DNA of 64,000 bases from an uncultured Gemmatimonadales bacterium. Its GTDB lineage: Bacteria > Gemmatimonadota > Gemmatimonadetes > Longimicrobiales > RSA9. The translations under genes and the position numbers were made by a program. The DNA lies in assembly GCA_963798085.1 (NCBI GenBank), contig CAWCRS010000009.1:96001-160000 (forward strand). The letters are read 5' to 3'. Under the pieces are notes generated by a model, which worked only from the letters and a program-made list of their open reading frames with translations, was not told where the DNA came from and did no database searches. Positions 49,207 to 59,073 of the stretch are shown here, piece by piece (the stretch's first letter is position 1; each line of letters starts with the position of its first letter).

Positions 49207-51017
49207 CTAGTCGCCGCCGCCGGCGCCAACGCGGCATCTCAGCGCCACCATGCGTCATGGCCGGCGTATCGCCGGCTTCTCGACCAGTCCGCCCAGCCAG
49301 AAGATGAAGGCGATGAGGCCGAGGAAGATCAGCACGCACGTGCTGATCATGGTGGCCGCGTAGCCGAGCGCCGGCGTCGCCGCCTACGGGCTCGTGTCAC
49401 GCATCACTTCGTAGACGTGCCAGTGCTGGCGGATGCCGCTGCGTGCGAAGCCCATGAGCCCCATGAGCCAGGTGAACGTGACGACGAGCACGAACAGCGC
49501 GTATTGCGAACGCGCCGGCATCTCGACCCCAGCGGATCTCGCCGCGCGACTGCGCGCCCTGCCCATCAGCACATCGATCACCGTCACCATCACGATCGTC
49601 GAGATGACCGCACCGACCTGGTAGACGCTGAAGCCGATGCGCACGATCGCGCTAGACGAAGTAGCCGTAGACGCCGTAGAAGACCACGATCAGCGGCGGC
49701 CAGCCCATGAGCGCGCCCTGGATCAATGCTGCCCGTCCTCGCCCATGCCACGACCGGCGACTTGTTGGCGCGGCGGTACATCAGGAAGCGACAGGAAGGT
49801 CGTCAGGATCATGAGGTTGACGGCGGTGTTCTTCGCGCTCATGACGCCGAGTGCGCCGAGGAACGGGTGGTGTGTGCCGCCCATCAGCGCCAGCTCCTCG
49901 CGGTTGGCGATCATCGTGTGCGGCGTGGCCCACACAATGACGCCGAGCACGAGGACGCAGCAGCATCCACTTCGTGTAGGGGACGAAGCGTTCGCCGCCG
50001 GGGATCCGGCCCAGGCCGAGCCACAGGTAGTAGTTCGCGGCCAGGAAGAGGATGCCGATGAGGAACGCCTGGATGATCCACAGCCAGCTCATGAACCCGC
50101 CCATCATCGTGATGCCCATGGACTGGTTGTAGGCGTAGATCTCGCGGCCCAGCCAGTAGCCGGCGAAGGGCAGGACGAGCAGTGCGCTGATGGCGATGAA
50201 GTTGCCGATGTAGCCCATCCAGTCGTAGTGCGCGCGCTCCTCGTCGGTCTTCGCATTGAGGAATCGGACGGCTGCGTAGCCCGGCGGCGATCGCGCCGCC
50301 GAACACGACGTTGGCGATAATGCGGTGGATGTTGATCGGCATCCACGTGGCGTTCGCAATGGCGCTCCACAGCTTGACCGCGCCCGGTGACGGGTCGGGC
50401 ACGGCCTCCGGCGGCGGGCTCATCATGTAGCTGAGCCAGCTGTCCGCAATGAACATCACCGTCGTGCCCCAGATATTCAGCAGAATGCCGAGGCACAGGT
50501 GTACGATCTTCTTTCCGCCCTTCTTGCAGCGGTCCCAGCCGTAGTAGTAGAGGTAGAGGGTGCCCGATTCGACGAAGAACAGGCCCACGTAGATCCACAT
50601 GGTCAGCGAGAAGACGGCTGTCATGTGGCTCCAGAACTTCGGATACAGCGTGGTCAGGAAGAAGAGCAGCACGGCGCCCCAGATGGCGGTGGCGCTGTAG
50701 GCGATCACCAGCAGGCGCACGAATTCCTTGGCCAGCTTGTCGTAGCGTGGCTTCCTTCGTGCCAGATGCCGATGCCCTCGACCACGACCGCGAACATGGG
50801 CACACCCAGCACGAACGCGGCGAACATGAGGTGCAGCTCGGCCGCGATCCGAGATGGCGTTGCGAGCGCCGATCACGGGGAACTCGCGATAATCGGGCGA
50901 AGCGGCCTGCGCGGCCTGTGCCGCCTGCTGCGCCAGCAGCGGATCGGCCAGGATCACGATCAGCAGCAGCACCGCGGCGCTGCCGAGGACCAGAGCGAAT
51001 GTGCGTCGATTGATCAT
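49207..51017 (-). CDS. Cytochrome bd-like oxidase subunit I (Nitrospira-type, no Q-loop); multiple frameshifts
   Basis: AELHLMFAAFVLG, YDKLAKEF, FFVESGTLYLYYYGWD, WMPINIHRIIAN, HYDWMGYIGNF, TPHT...HHP, GVMSAKN, MGFARSGIRQHWHVY. Confidence 0.85.
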
Positions 51018-51033
51018 GCGGGACCGGCTCCGT

Positions 51034-51267
51034 TCAGTGTCGCGTGCGCCGCCAGCGCACGGCGAAGAAAGCGGCCGCCAACACAAATCCGGTCGCAACC
51101 AGCGGCGCGTCGCGCCACATCATCCAGACCGCGCCATCAGCATCGAAGATGAAGAGAAACGACAGCGCGAAGCACACGAGCGCCAGCGCCAGCGAACCGT
51201 TGCCGCGGCCCACCCGTGACGTGGCCAACCCGTCGTCGCCTGCTCCATTCCGTGTGTGTGCCTGCAT
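51034..51267 (-). CDS. Small two-TM membrane protein
   Basis: 77 aa; AGGAG RBS; lies between the radical SAM and bd-like genes. Confidence 0.7.
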   Translation of the reverse strand: MQAHTRNGAGDDGLATSRVGRGNGSLALALVCFALSFLFIFDADGAVWMMWRDAPLVATGFVLAAAFFAVRWRRTRH

Positions 51268-51320
51268 ACGCTCCTGCCTGCCTTTGTGTCCGCGCCGACC
51301 CGGGCGCGTCTAACCGGGCG

Positions 51321-52708
51321 TTACTGCCTGAGGAAGAACGGCATGCGCTTCGAGAAGTCCACCGGCATTTCGCGGCGCACCGCTTCCATCACTTCAGGCG
51401 TGACTGCGGTGTAGCCGCGGTCGCGCGCGAACTGCTCAATGCGGGCACTCACCACGCCCCGCACGAAGCCGGGCACGCGCTCCAGTCTGGCTTTCGCTTC
51501 CGCCGACCACGCCATGGACGGACTCGCCGGCGCCTCGCCGTACGTGACCGCACGCGCGGGCTGCACCAGCGCTGCCGTGCCGCTCGGCTGGTACGCGCAC
51601 GACGCGTCTTCCGCCATGAAGTCGCCGGTATCGGCATAGGCGCGCGCGCGGCAGCCGCCGCACACCAGGCGATACTCACAGCGCCCGCAACGACCCCCCG
51701 GCTCTTCGCCGCGCAGCCGCGCGAACACGGGCGACCCGTGCCACACATCAGCGAACGATTGCGCGCGCAGATCCCCGGCGACCACGGGCATGTAGGGACA
51801 CGGCGTGAGCTTGCCTTCGGGCGTGATGCGGCAGTAGTGCACGCCGCACGGGCAGCGCGTGCCGTAGTTGAGCAGCGGCGATTCCGCGTCGCTCTCGTAC
51901 GCGTGGCGCATCAGCTGCGGCTGGCACTTCGAGCGCACCAGCATGCGGCCGCGATACACGCGTTCGAGCTGCGCCAGCTCACGCAGCACCGCTTCGTTTT
52001 CTTCCGGCTCGAGTCCGTGCATGGCTTCGCCACGACCGGTCGCGACCAGGAAGTAGACGTTGAACGAGACCGCGCCGCGCTCCGCCGCCCACGCGGCCAG
52101 GGCGCCGATCTCATGGCGGTTCCCGCGTGTGAGCGAGGTCTGCAGCACGAAGTCGAGCTGCTCTTCCGCGAGCCGGTCGATGGCAGCAAGGTGTCGCGCA
52201 GCGCGCCGCCGCCGTGGCGGAAGCGATCGTGGTAGCGCTCGTCCAGCGAATCAATGCTGACGGCCACACCTGTGACCCCTGCCTGCCGGAGCGAACGGAT
52301 GCGCTCGCTTGTGAGGCGAGTCCCGTTCGTGCCCACCACCACGGTGGCGCATTGCCTGCTCGCGTGCGCCGCAATGGTCTCGAGATCGTCGCGCAGCAGC
52401 GGCTCGCCGCCCGAAAGGATGAAGAGCGGCGCGGGTGTGAGCGCCAGGATTTCGTCCGCAATGCGCAGGCACTCGCGGGTCTGCAGTTCGCCATCCGTGG
52501 CGTGCCATGAGCCTGCCGCAATGTAGCAGTGCGCGCAGGCGAGGTTGCAGCGTCTGGTGAGGTTCCAGGCGACGACGTGCGGCAGGAATTCCGTCGGCTC
52601 GCCGGTGGTCTGCAAGGCCGGCGCGTCGCGTGTCGCCGTGGCGGACGTGCCGAAGCCGAGGCGGGCGTCCGCACTCGCGGCGGGCAGCACGGGCAAGCCC
52701 GGCTTCAT
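51321..52708 (-). CDS. Radical SAM/SPASM enzyme (NirJ/AhbD-like) with C-terminal PCP_red-like domain; one frameshift near 52190
   Basis: WNLTRRCNLACAHCY, SGGEP, CPCG..YCRITPEG...PCPY, CGRCEY...CGGCRARA; tail WSAEAKARLERVPGFVR. Confidence 0.9.
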
Positions 52709-54942
52709 GCCTGATGCTCCATTGCGCTGCGCATGCCGGGTGCGTCTGCGAATTGCGTCTCTTCGCTCAACGCGCATCGCCTCCCTGCGTGCTCATGAAC
52801 TGCTCGATGGCGGCTTTCGCATCGCGCAGGCGATGCGGTCTTGAAATCGACCGGGCAGGCGCTCGCCTTCTCCGCGACATCGCGGATCGGACAACGCGTC
52901 ACACCCGCCGCCTTCGCTTCCTCGATGAAGCGGCGCATCTCCGGAGTGAGGCCATCCACACCCTCCGCCGCGGCGCGCAGCTGCTTCGTCTGCAGCTCGC
53001 GGAACATCACGAGCATGGTGTCCATGTCGAATGTGTCGGCCTCGATCATGGCCTGCTTGTTCTCGTCCATCACGTGCGTGGTGACGCGCCAGAAGCTGTG
53101 CTCGCGCGCGAATTTCTCGACCGTATTGCGTGCCAGCGGCCGCGCGATGAGCGGTACCAGCTGCAGTCGCTCGAACGCTTCCCGCGTCCACACGACGGGG
53201 TCCGTGGCATTGCGCTCGCGCGTCTGCACGTGACCCGTGTACGGACACTTCACGGTGATCATGGGCGTCGCTGGCAGGGCGTCGTCGTCCAGACCTTCGA
53301 CCACGGTGCGCGTCATGGCCTGCTGCGCCTTCACTTCCGCGAGCGCCAGCTCCTCCGCCGTGCCAATGCCCATGATCAGCTGCATGTGTGTGGGCAGCAG
53401 CTTGCGGATCGCCTCATCGAGGCGCTCGTTGGTGACCATGGGCAGTGCCGCAGGTCCCGCGGCGCTCGCACCATCGGCCTTGTCGTGGGCGCCGCCGGCG
53501 AAGCGCCGTTGCCGTTCAACTGCGCACCGTTGCCGTTGCCGTTCTCGTGCACCGCGTTCGCCGAAGCGTTGTTGCCGCTCGTGCCGTTCGCGCGGCCGGC
53601 CGCCTCACCGGCGTAGGTGCCGTTCGCGCCGGCGCCGTAGTTGTCGAGCACGAACTCCTCGACCGCCTTGCGCGCAATACCCAGCGCGAAGGGCGGCACG
53701 CGCAGGATGCGCACTTCCGCTTCCGGCGCCCATTCGAGACCGGTCTCGCCGTCTTCCTCGATCCAGGGAATCTCGTCGGGGCGCACATCGGTGGTGCCGA
53801 TCAACAGCACGTTAGTGTCCGTCAGGCGGCACAGGTTCTCCGCCTGCGAGCCGATGTCCGTGCCCTCGATGCGGTGGCCGCCGTGGCGGGCCAGAATGAG
53901 CAGCGACGGCTGCACTTCCTCGACCCACTGCAGGATGCACTGGAACGGCTTGCCGATGAGGATCTGCGTCTTGAGCGGCACGGCGGGATGGCGCTCGTGC
54001 ATCACTTCGGCGCGCTTGAGATTCGCCTGGCAGAGACTGCAGCAGGCCCTTGTCGATGATGTTGTTGTGCAGCTCTTCCTGCTCCTCGAACTTGAACACC
54101 TTCGAGGCCTGCACGGAGAGCACATCCTTGATGTTGCCGAACACGGCGTGGTGGTACTCGACATCGAACGCGGAGCAGGCATAGAGCGTGGCGTCGTACT
54201 GCTCGGCCATCTCCAGCGCCACGCGCATGGCCTTGTAGGCGTAGGACGAACCGTCGATGCAGACCATCCAGCTTGCCGCCGCGCAGCGGCCGGTCGTTGC
54301 GCACGACCAGCACGTCCTTCTCCACATTGCGCAGCACGCGCGCGGTGACGCCGCCCATCTGCGACAGTGGCTGGCGGCCGATGCCGTGCCGCCAATGCAG
54401 AGCAGGTCGTACGCGCGGCCGCTCGCAGCCGGCCAGCTTCTCGTCCTGCTCTTCGTCTTCCGCGATGAGGCGGCCGTTCTCGCCGATCTTCACATCGCTG
54501 CGCACGCTTCGCGCCGCCATCGTACTTGTCCGCGATGTTGGGATCGAAGCCGATCAGGCTGGGCAGCCGGCCCTCGCCCGCGGTTCACTTCGCGGATGAT
54601 CTCCTCGTAGTTGATGCCCTCGAGGAGCTGCCGCGTCATGGGCACACCCGCCGCCTCGCACTTCTTCGACGCCTGGTCAGGAACGAGTCGGAGATGAGCT
54701 GCAGTCCCTTCTCGATCAGCTTGTCGTGGATCTTGCGCTGCTTCCGGATCTCGTCCGGCGTCTGGAAACGCGCGGGCAGCCCCGTCTCCAGCTGGCGGAA
54801 GCGGATGTCGTGCAGGCGGGCAGCGTATACGTGATTGGCGGTGATGCGGCCACCGGTGCGCGGTGCACAGCTCGATGGCGCGGTCGATGGCCAGCAGCGA
54901 CTCGGTCGAATTGTCGACCGGTACAATGACTTCACGATACAT
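52705..54942 (-). CDS. Tandem universal-stress-protein domains fused to two PCP_red-like domains; multiple frameshifts
   Basis: IVPVDNS, CIDGSS, RHG.H......IGSQAENL; EWAPEAEVRILRVPPF and WTREAFERLQLVPLIAR; ATGA overlap with the radical SAM gene. Confidence 0.82.
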
Positions 54943-55253
54943 GACGCCTCGCGCTCGGAGTCAACGAAAGCTCGCCCCGAAAAACGCTGCACGGGCATAC
55001 ACACCACCCGCGTGGCGGCGCGGTCAACTCAACGCGCCGTCCGAGCGCTCCTCGAAGCGTCTATCCCGACAGTTGCGACGTGAACGAACCTCAGATTCCC
55101 GAACTTCCATATCGGTACCAGCGCCGCAGCGCCGGCCGGATTCACTCGAGCGCCTGACTCGCCCCCGTTTGTGCGGTTGGCGAGGCCGATTCGTGCCGGG
55201 CGTCAGAACGTCGTGCTGATGTCGGGAAAAACCCGGCGGCGAAGTCGGGGGTG

Positions 55254-55283
55254 AGAATACCGGGCCGCTTCCGCGAGTGTCAA
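55254..55283 (-). promoter_or_regulatory. Sigma70-like promoter upstream of the USP-to-oxidase operon
   Basis: Minus strand TTGACA (55283-55278), 18 bp spacer, TATTCT (55259-55254). Confidence 0.65.
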
Positions 55284-55327
55284 GGCCACGCGCACGGTGT
55301 TTTCAGGGCGAAAAACGACATTGCGCG

Positions 55328-56056
55328 CTACCGTCCATCGGCGCGGGCAAGGCTGCGCTGCAGGCGGGGCGCAAGCAGAGCGGTGAGTGTGATTGCCAGC
55401 AGGATCCAGGCGACGAGTGCTCGTCCGTGCACCGGCCACGTTCCGGCCTGCGCGCGGAGTGCCTCGTGCAGCGCGCGGAACGGTGCGGCCGCCTGAACGC
55501 GCGCACCCATCGAGTGCGTGACGGGTGTGCGGAAGACGCCCGAAGCGTGCAGCAGCAGCAGTGCCGCCACCGCCGCGAACAACGCGCCCTCGCCCACGGA
55601 CCTGGCCAGCGCGGCGATCCACAGCCCGAGCAGGTTGCTGATGAGCAGCGATCCCAGCAGCACAGCGGGCAGGCCGATCCAGGCGATGCCGGATGCGCGC
55701 GCGGCGACCAGGATCAGCGCGCTGCCGGGAAGCAGCTGGACGAAGTCGACTGCGGCGCCCGCGAACGCCCGGCCCAGCAGCACGCCCGCCGGCGAGAGCG
55801 GCGTGAGTACGAGTCGTCGCACCAGACCGCGCTCCGCATCGCGCAATGCCGGGATGGCGGCGCCGAACGTGCCGAACAGCGTGAACAGCACCGCGTAGAC
55901 CGCGGACGCGTGCACCAGCGGCGCGCCGCCCAGCGCGAGCGCCGCAACCAGCACGGAAGGCACGAAGATGTTGAGCGCGAACAGCCGGCGCCGCCGTGCA
56001 CTGCGCTGCCATTCGACGCGCCAGACCAGCGGCAGCGACCGAACGCGTGAACTCAT
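55328..56056 (-). CDS. ABC-2 type transporter permease
   Basis: RDAERGLVRRLVLTP, SGVF; about six TM segments. Confidence 0.85.
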   Translation of the reverse strand: MSSRVRSLPLVWRVEWQRSARRRRLFALNIFVPSVLVAALALGGAPLVHASAVYAVLFTLFGTFGAAIPALRDAERGLVRRLVLTPLSPAGVLLGRAFAGAAVDFVQLLPGSALILVAARASGIAWIGLPAVLLGSLLISNLLGLWIAALARSVGEGALFAAVAALLLLHASGVFRTPVTHSMGARVQAAAPFRALHEALRAQAGTWPVHGRALVAWILLAITLTALLAPRLQRSLARADGR

Positions 56057-57013
56057 GCGTGCCCGTTTGCTGCTGGCTTCGCGATTGCGTCGTCGGTCCC
56101 GCTGCTCAGCTCTTCGCCGGTGAGGCGGCGGAACACATCGGCCAGCCCGGGCTCGCGCACGCGCACGGACAGGATACGCGCACCCGAGCGCACGAGCGCG
56201 GCGCAGATGTCGGGGAGCACGTCGGCGCCGCGCGCACTCGCGAACACGAGCCCGGATTCGCCCGGCGATGCACGCACGCCAGCGGGCAGATCCGCGGGTG
56301 GCGGAACGGGTGATGTCCAGCTCCACATCGATGCGCGTCTCGCCTGCGACGGAGCGCAGCAGCGCCTGCGCAGGCGAATCCGCGACCTTGCGACCGCGAT
56401 GCAGGAACACAATGCGCGTGGCGAGCGCGGCCGCGGCCGCATCGTTCGTGGCCAGCACCACGGCCGCGCCAGCCTGTGTCCGAGATTGCAGTTCCGCCGT
56501 CAGCGCGAGCAGTGCAGCCGGGTCCAGCCCGATGGTCGGCTCGTCCAGGAGCAGCAGCGCGGGTGCATGCGCCATGGCTTCCACGAGCGCGAGCTTGCGG
56601 CGCATGCCGAACGAGTACTCGCCCGCCGCCACACCGGCATCCGCGGCCAGGCCGAACGCCGCGAGCAGCGCATCGACCGCGCGCGGGCCGGCACCGTTGG
56701 CACGAGCGAAAAAGACGGCGTTCTCGCGGCCGCTCAGCTCGTCGAAGTGGGCCGCCTCATCGGGCGCGTAGCCGAAACGACGCAGAGCCGGAGCGGCATC
56801 GTCGCCTGCAATCCGGTGCCGCGCACCACGCGACGGCGCCAGGTCACCGGCGAGGATGCGCAGCAGCGTGCTCTTGCCGGAACCGTTGGGTCCGAGCAGC
56901 GCCAGCGTTTCGCCCGCGTGCACGGTGAGGTCAATGTCGTGGAGCGCGTCGCGGCCGGAGGCAAAACGGAAGCTCGCGCGCGTGAGAGAGACGAGCGGGG
57001 AAGCCTGCGTCAC
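56053..57013 (-). CDS. ABC transporter ATP-binding protein; frameshift near 56300
   Basis: GPNGSGKS, YSFGMRRK, LLLDEPTIGLD, C-terminal EPGLADVFRRLTG. Confidence 0.9.
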
Positions 57014-57052
57014 GGGTCCCGGCCGCCGGCCGCCTCGCCCGCCTGCACGGCG

Positions 57053-57583
57053 TCACATCCCTTCCAGGCCCAGCTCGGTGCGCGCGCGATCCATGACCTC
57101 GGGCGAGATCACGGCGATGCCGTGCTCTTTCGCGTAGTCCGCGTAGATGCGCTTCACCATGCCGCGCACGAAGCCGGGCACCTTCGCGAGTCGTTCCTGC
57201 GCAGCACCATCCCACGTGACGGACAGGGCAGGCGACGCCACGGTTTCCGTTGCCGGCGCCGCTGCGGGCATGGCCGCGGCCGCGGCAGCATGCGGCGCCA
57301 TCCCGCCCACTAACAGCTCGTGAGGCGACGACTCCGTGAACACATCGCTGCGCGCGTCCGCGAGCGTGCTGCGCGTCATTTCCATGGGCTGCTCGGGCAC
57401 GGCGCGCCCGCCAATGCGCACGCCCAGGCTGCTCACCAGCTGCGTTTCCATGGGATTGGTGAGCATGGCGATCTCGTGGCCGCAGCGTGGACACGCGAAG
57501 ACGGCGGCCAGTGTGCCATCACCCGGCACCTGGCGCTCCGCGAAGGCCATCACTTCGTCGCAACCAATGCAGAGGAATTTCAT
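57053..57583 (-). CDS. Zinc-ribbon plus PCP_red-like domain protein
   Basis: MKFLCIGC...CPRC...MLTNPMETQLV; tail WDGAAQERLAKVPGFVRGMVK. Confidence 0.85.
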   Translation of the reverse strand: MKFLCIGCDEVMAFAERQVPGDGTLAAVFACPRCGHEIAMLTNPMETQLVSSLGVRIGGRAVPEQPMEMTRSTLADARSDVFTESSPHELLVGGMAPHAAAAAAMPAAAPATETVASPALSVTWDGAAQERLAKVPGFVRGMVKRIYADYAKEHGIAVISPEVMDRARTELGLEGM

Positions 57584-58476
57584 GCGGCGTTCCTGCCGCC
57601 GTTCTCGCGCTCGACGCGATCCGCGAGACGGGCGAAGGCGTGGGCCGCGGGCGAGCCGGGCGCCTGCAGCACGAAAGGTTGACCGCGATCCGTCGCCTGA
57701 CCCAGCGCCGGCTCGAAGGGCACATCGGCCCACACCTCGAGTCCCGTCTCTGCGGCCAGCGCGCGCGCGCCATCCGCATCGAACAGCACGCGCGTCTCGC
57801 CGGTGGAGTCGACGTACGCAACCATGTTGGCGACAATGCCGACCGGCGAGATGTTCGCATCGCGCAGCAGGCGAGCGGACTTGGACACGACGAAGCGCGC
57901 GATCTCGGCGGGCGTCGTGACCAGCAGCGTCTGCTGCGGCTGCGGCAGCAGATCGAGCAGCCGCGCAATGCGATCCGTGCCGGGCGGCACATCGAGCAGC
58001 AGATAATCCAGCTCACCCCACACGACATCGGAGAGGAATTCGCGCAGCACGCCCGTCTCCGCGACGCCTCGCCAGATGAAGCCGTCGCCCGTGGGCGCGC
58101 GCCAGCGCAGCGGCGCGTCGTCCTCCTGCAGCAGGTCCATCGACATCACGCGCACACCGCCCGTATTCACGGCCGGCTGCACGCCCTCCTCGTCATCGCG
58201 CAGCTGTGCGCCGGCCACCCCCAGCATGCGTCCCAGCGATGGGCCGTTGAGGTCGGCATCCAGCGCACCCACAAGCGCACCGCGACTGGCGAGCGCCGTG
58301 GCCAGGTTCGCGGTGATGGCGCTCTTGCCCACGCCGCCCTTGCCGCTGAGCACGGGAATGATGGCGCGCACGCCTTCCAAACGGCGTGTCAGGCGGGCGC
58401 GCTGATCCAGCACCTGCTCGAGAATCTGCGAGCCGGTCTCGTGCGCAACTTCGTGGTAGGTACGGATCTTTCTCAT
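57580..58476 (-). CDS. Mrp/ApbC/NBP35-family P-loop NTPase
   Basis: SGKGGVGKS, DADLNGPS, WGELDYLLLDVPPGT, VANM. Confidence 0.9.
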   Translation of the reverse strand: MRKIRTYHEVAHETGSQILEQVLDQRARLTRRLEGVRAIIPVLSGKGGVGKSAITANLATALASRGALVGALDADLNGPSLGRMLGVAGAQLRDDEEGVQPAVNTGGVRVMSMDLLQEDDAPLRWRAPTGDGFIWRGVAETGVLREFLSDVVWGELDYLLLDVPPGTDRIARLLDLLPQPQQTLLVTTPAEIARFVVSKSARLLRDANISPVGIVANMVAYVDSTGETRVLFDADGARALAAETGLEVWADVPFEPALGQATDRGQPFVLQAPGSPAAHAFARLADRVERENGGRNAA

Positions 58477-58736
58477 GGCACCAGCTGTGCGCCGCTCTCG
58501 TCGAACAGCGTCAACGCGGAAACCGGACAGGAGCGACACGATTCGAGCAACCGCTCGCGCTCGATGGTGGCATTGCCATCGCAGAAGACGACGACGCCTT
58601 CCACGCCCATGCGGAACGTCTCCGGCGCCAGGTCGACGCAGGTCTCGAACGCAACGCAGAGGCTGCGGTCAATGCGCACGAGCAGTCCGCCGATGCTGCG
58701 TTCCTCGAAATGCTCCACCGTCGCCTGGTCCGTCAA
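58473..58736 (-). CDS. Single-cluster ferredoxin (3Fe-4S-like)
   Basis: IDRSLCVAFETCVDLAPETF...SCPVSAL. Confidence 0.85.
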   Translation of the reverse strand: MTDQATVEHFEERSIGGLLVRIDRSLCVAFETCVDLAPETFRMGVEGVVVFCDGNATIERERLLESCRSCPVSALTLFDESGAQLVP

Positions 58737-58764
58737 TGCGCGTGGCGAAGCGGTTCGCCCGCGA

Positions 58765-59073
58765 TCAGGTGCGCGAGCCGGGCTCCTCGAAGGGGAACGG
58801 CAATTCCGACTGGCGTGGGCGAGCGAGGGGCGGCACGCGCGGCTTCTCCGGACGTCGCGCCGGACCCTGCCAGCCGCAGTGCACGCAGAAGCGCCACTCC
58901 GCCCAGGGAAGCACCCAGCGCAGCCAGCGCTTGCGCTGCGGGAAGGTCGAACCGAAGCAGGCCGGGCACTCGACTACCGGCCGCAACAGCAGTGCTGCGC
59001 CCAGCGCGAGCAGCAACCCGCGCAGCAGCACGAGGCCGAGAAGCACGAGAACGGCGAGTTCGGAGGGGTCCAC
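58765..59073 (-). CDS. Small membrane-anchored zinc-ribbon protein
   Basis: N-terminal TM, CPAC and CVHCGW; GTG start after GAGG. Confidence 0.7.
   Translation of the reverse strand: MDPSELAVLVLLGLVLLRGLLLALGAALLLRPVVECPACFGSTFPQRKRWLRWVLPWAEWRFCVHCGWQGPARRPEKPRVPPLARPRQSELPFPFEEPGSRT

Noticed and set aside
49380..49660. Apparent in-frame TAG codons in the bd-like gene as recoding sites
   Set aside because: They coincide with frame breaks and are simply explained by indels.
45561..51017. Calling the host a nitrite oxidiser, or the cluster a NorBC nitric oxide reductase
   Set aside because: No molybdopterin alpha or Fe-S beta subunit and no NorB are in the window; the heme-copper subunit I has A1 oxygen-reductase motifs.
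55328..57013. 561-aa fused ATPase-permease
   Set aside because: Frameshift artefact; the ATPase C-terminus ends at 56053 in another frame, overlapping the permease ATG.
51321..57583. Bacteriochlorophyll synthesis implied by the PCP_red-like domains
   Set aside because: Only the small C-terminal domain is present; no BchN/B/L catalytic domains or photosynthesis genes are in the window.
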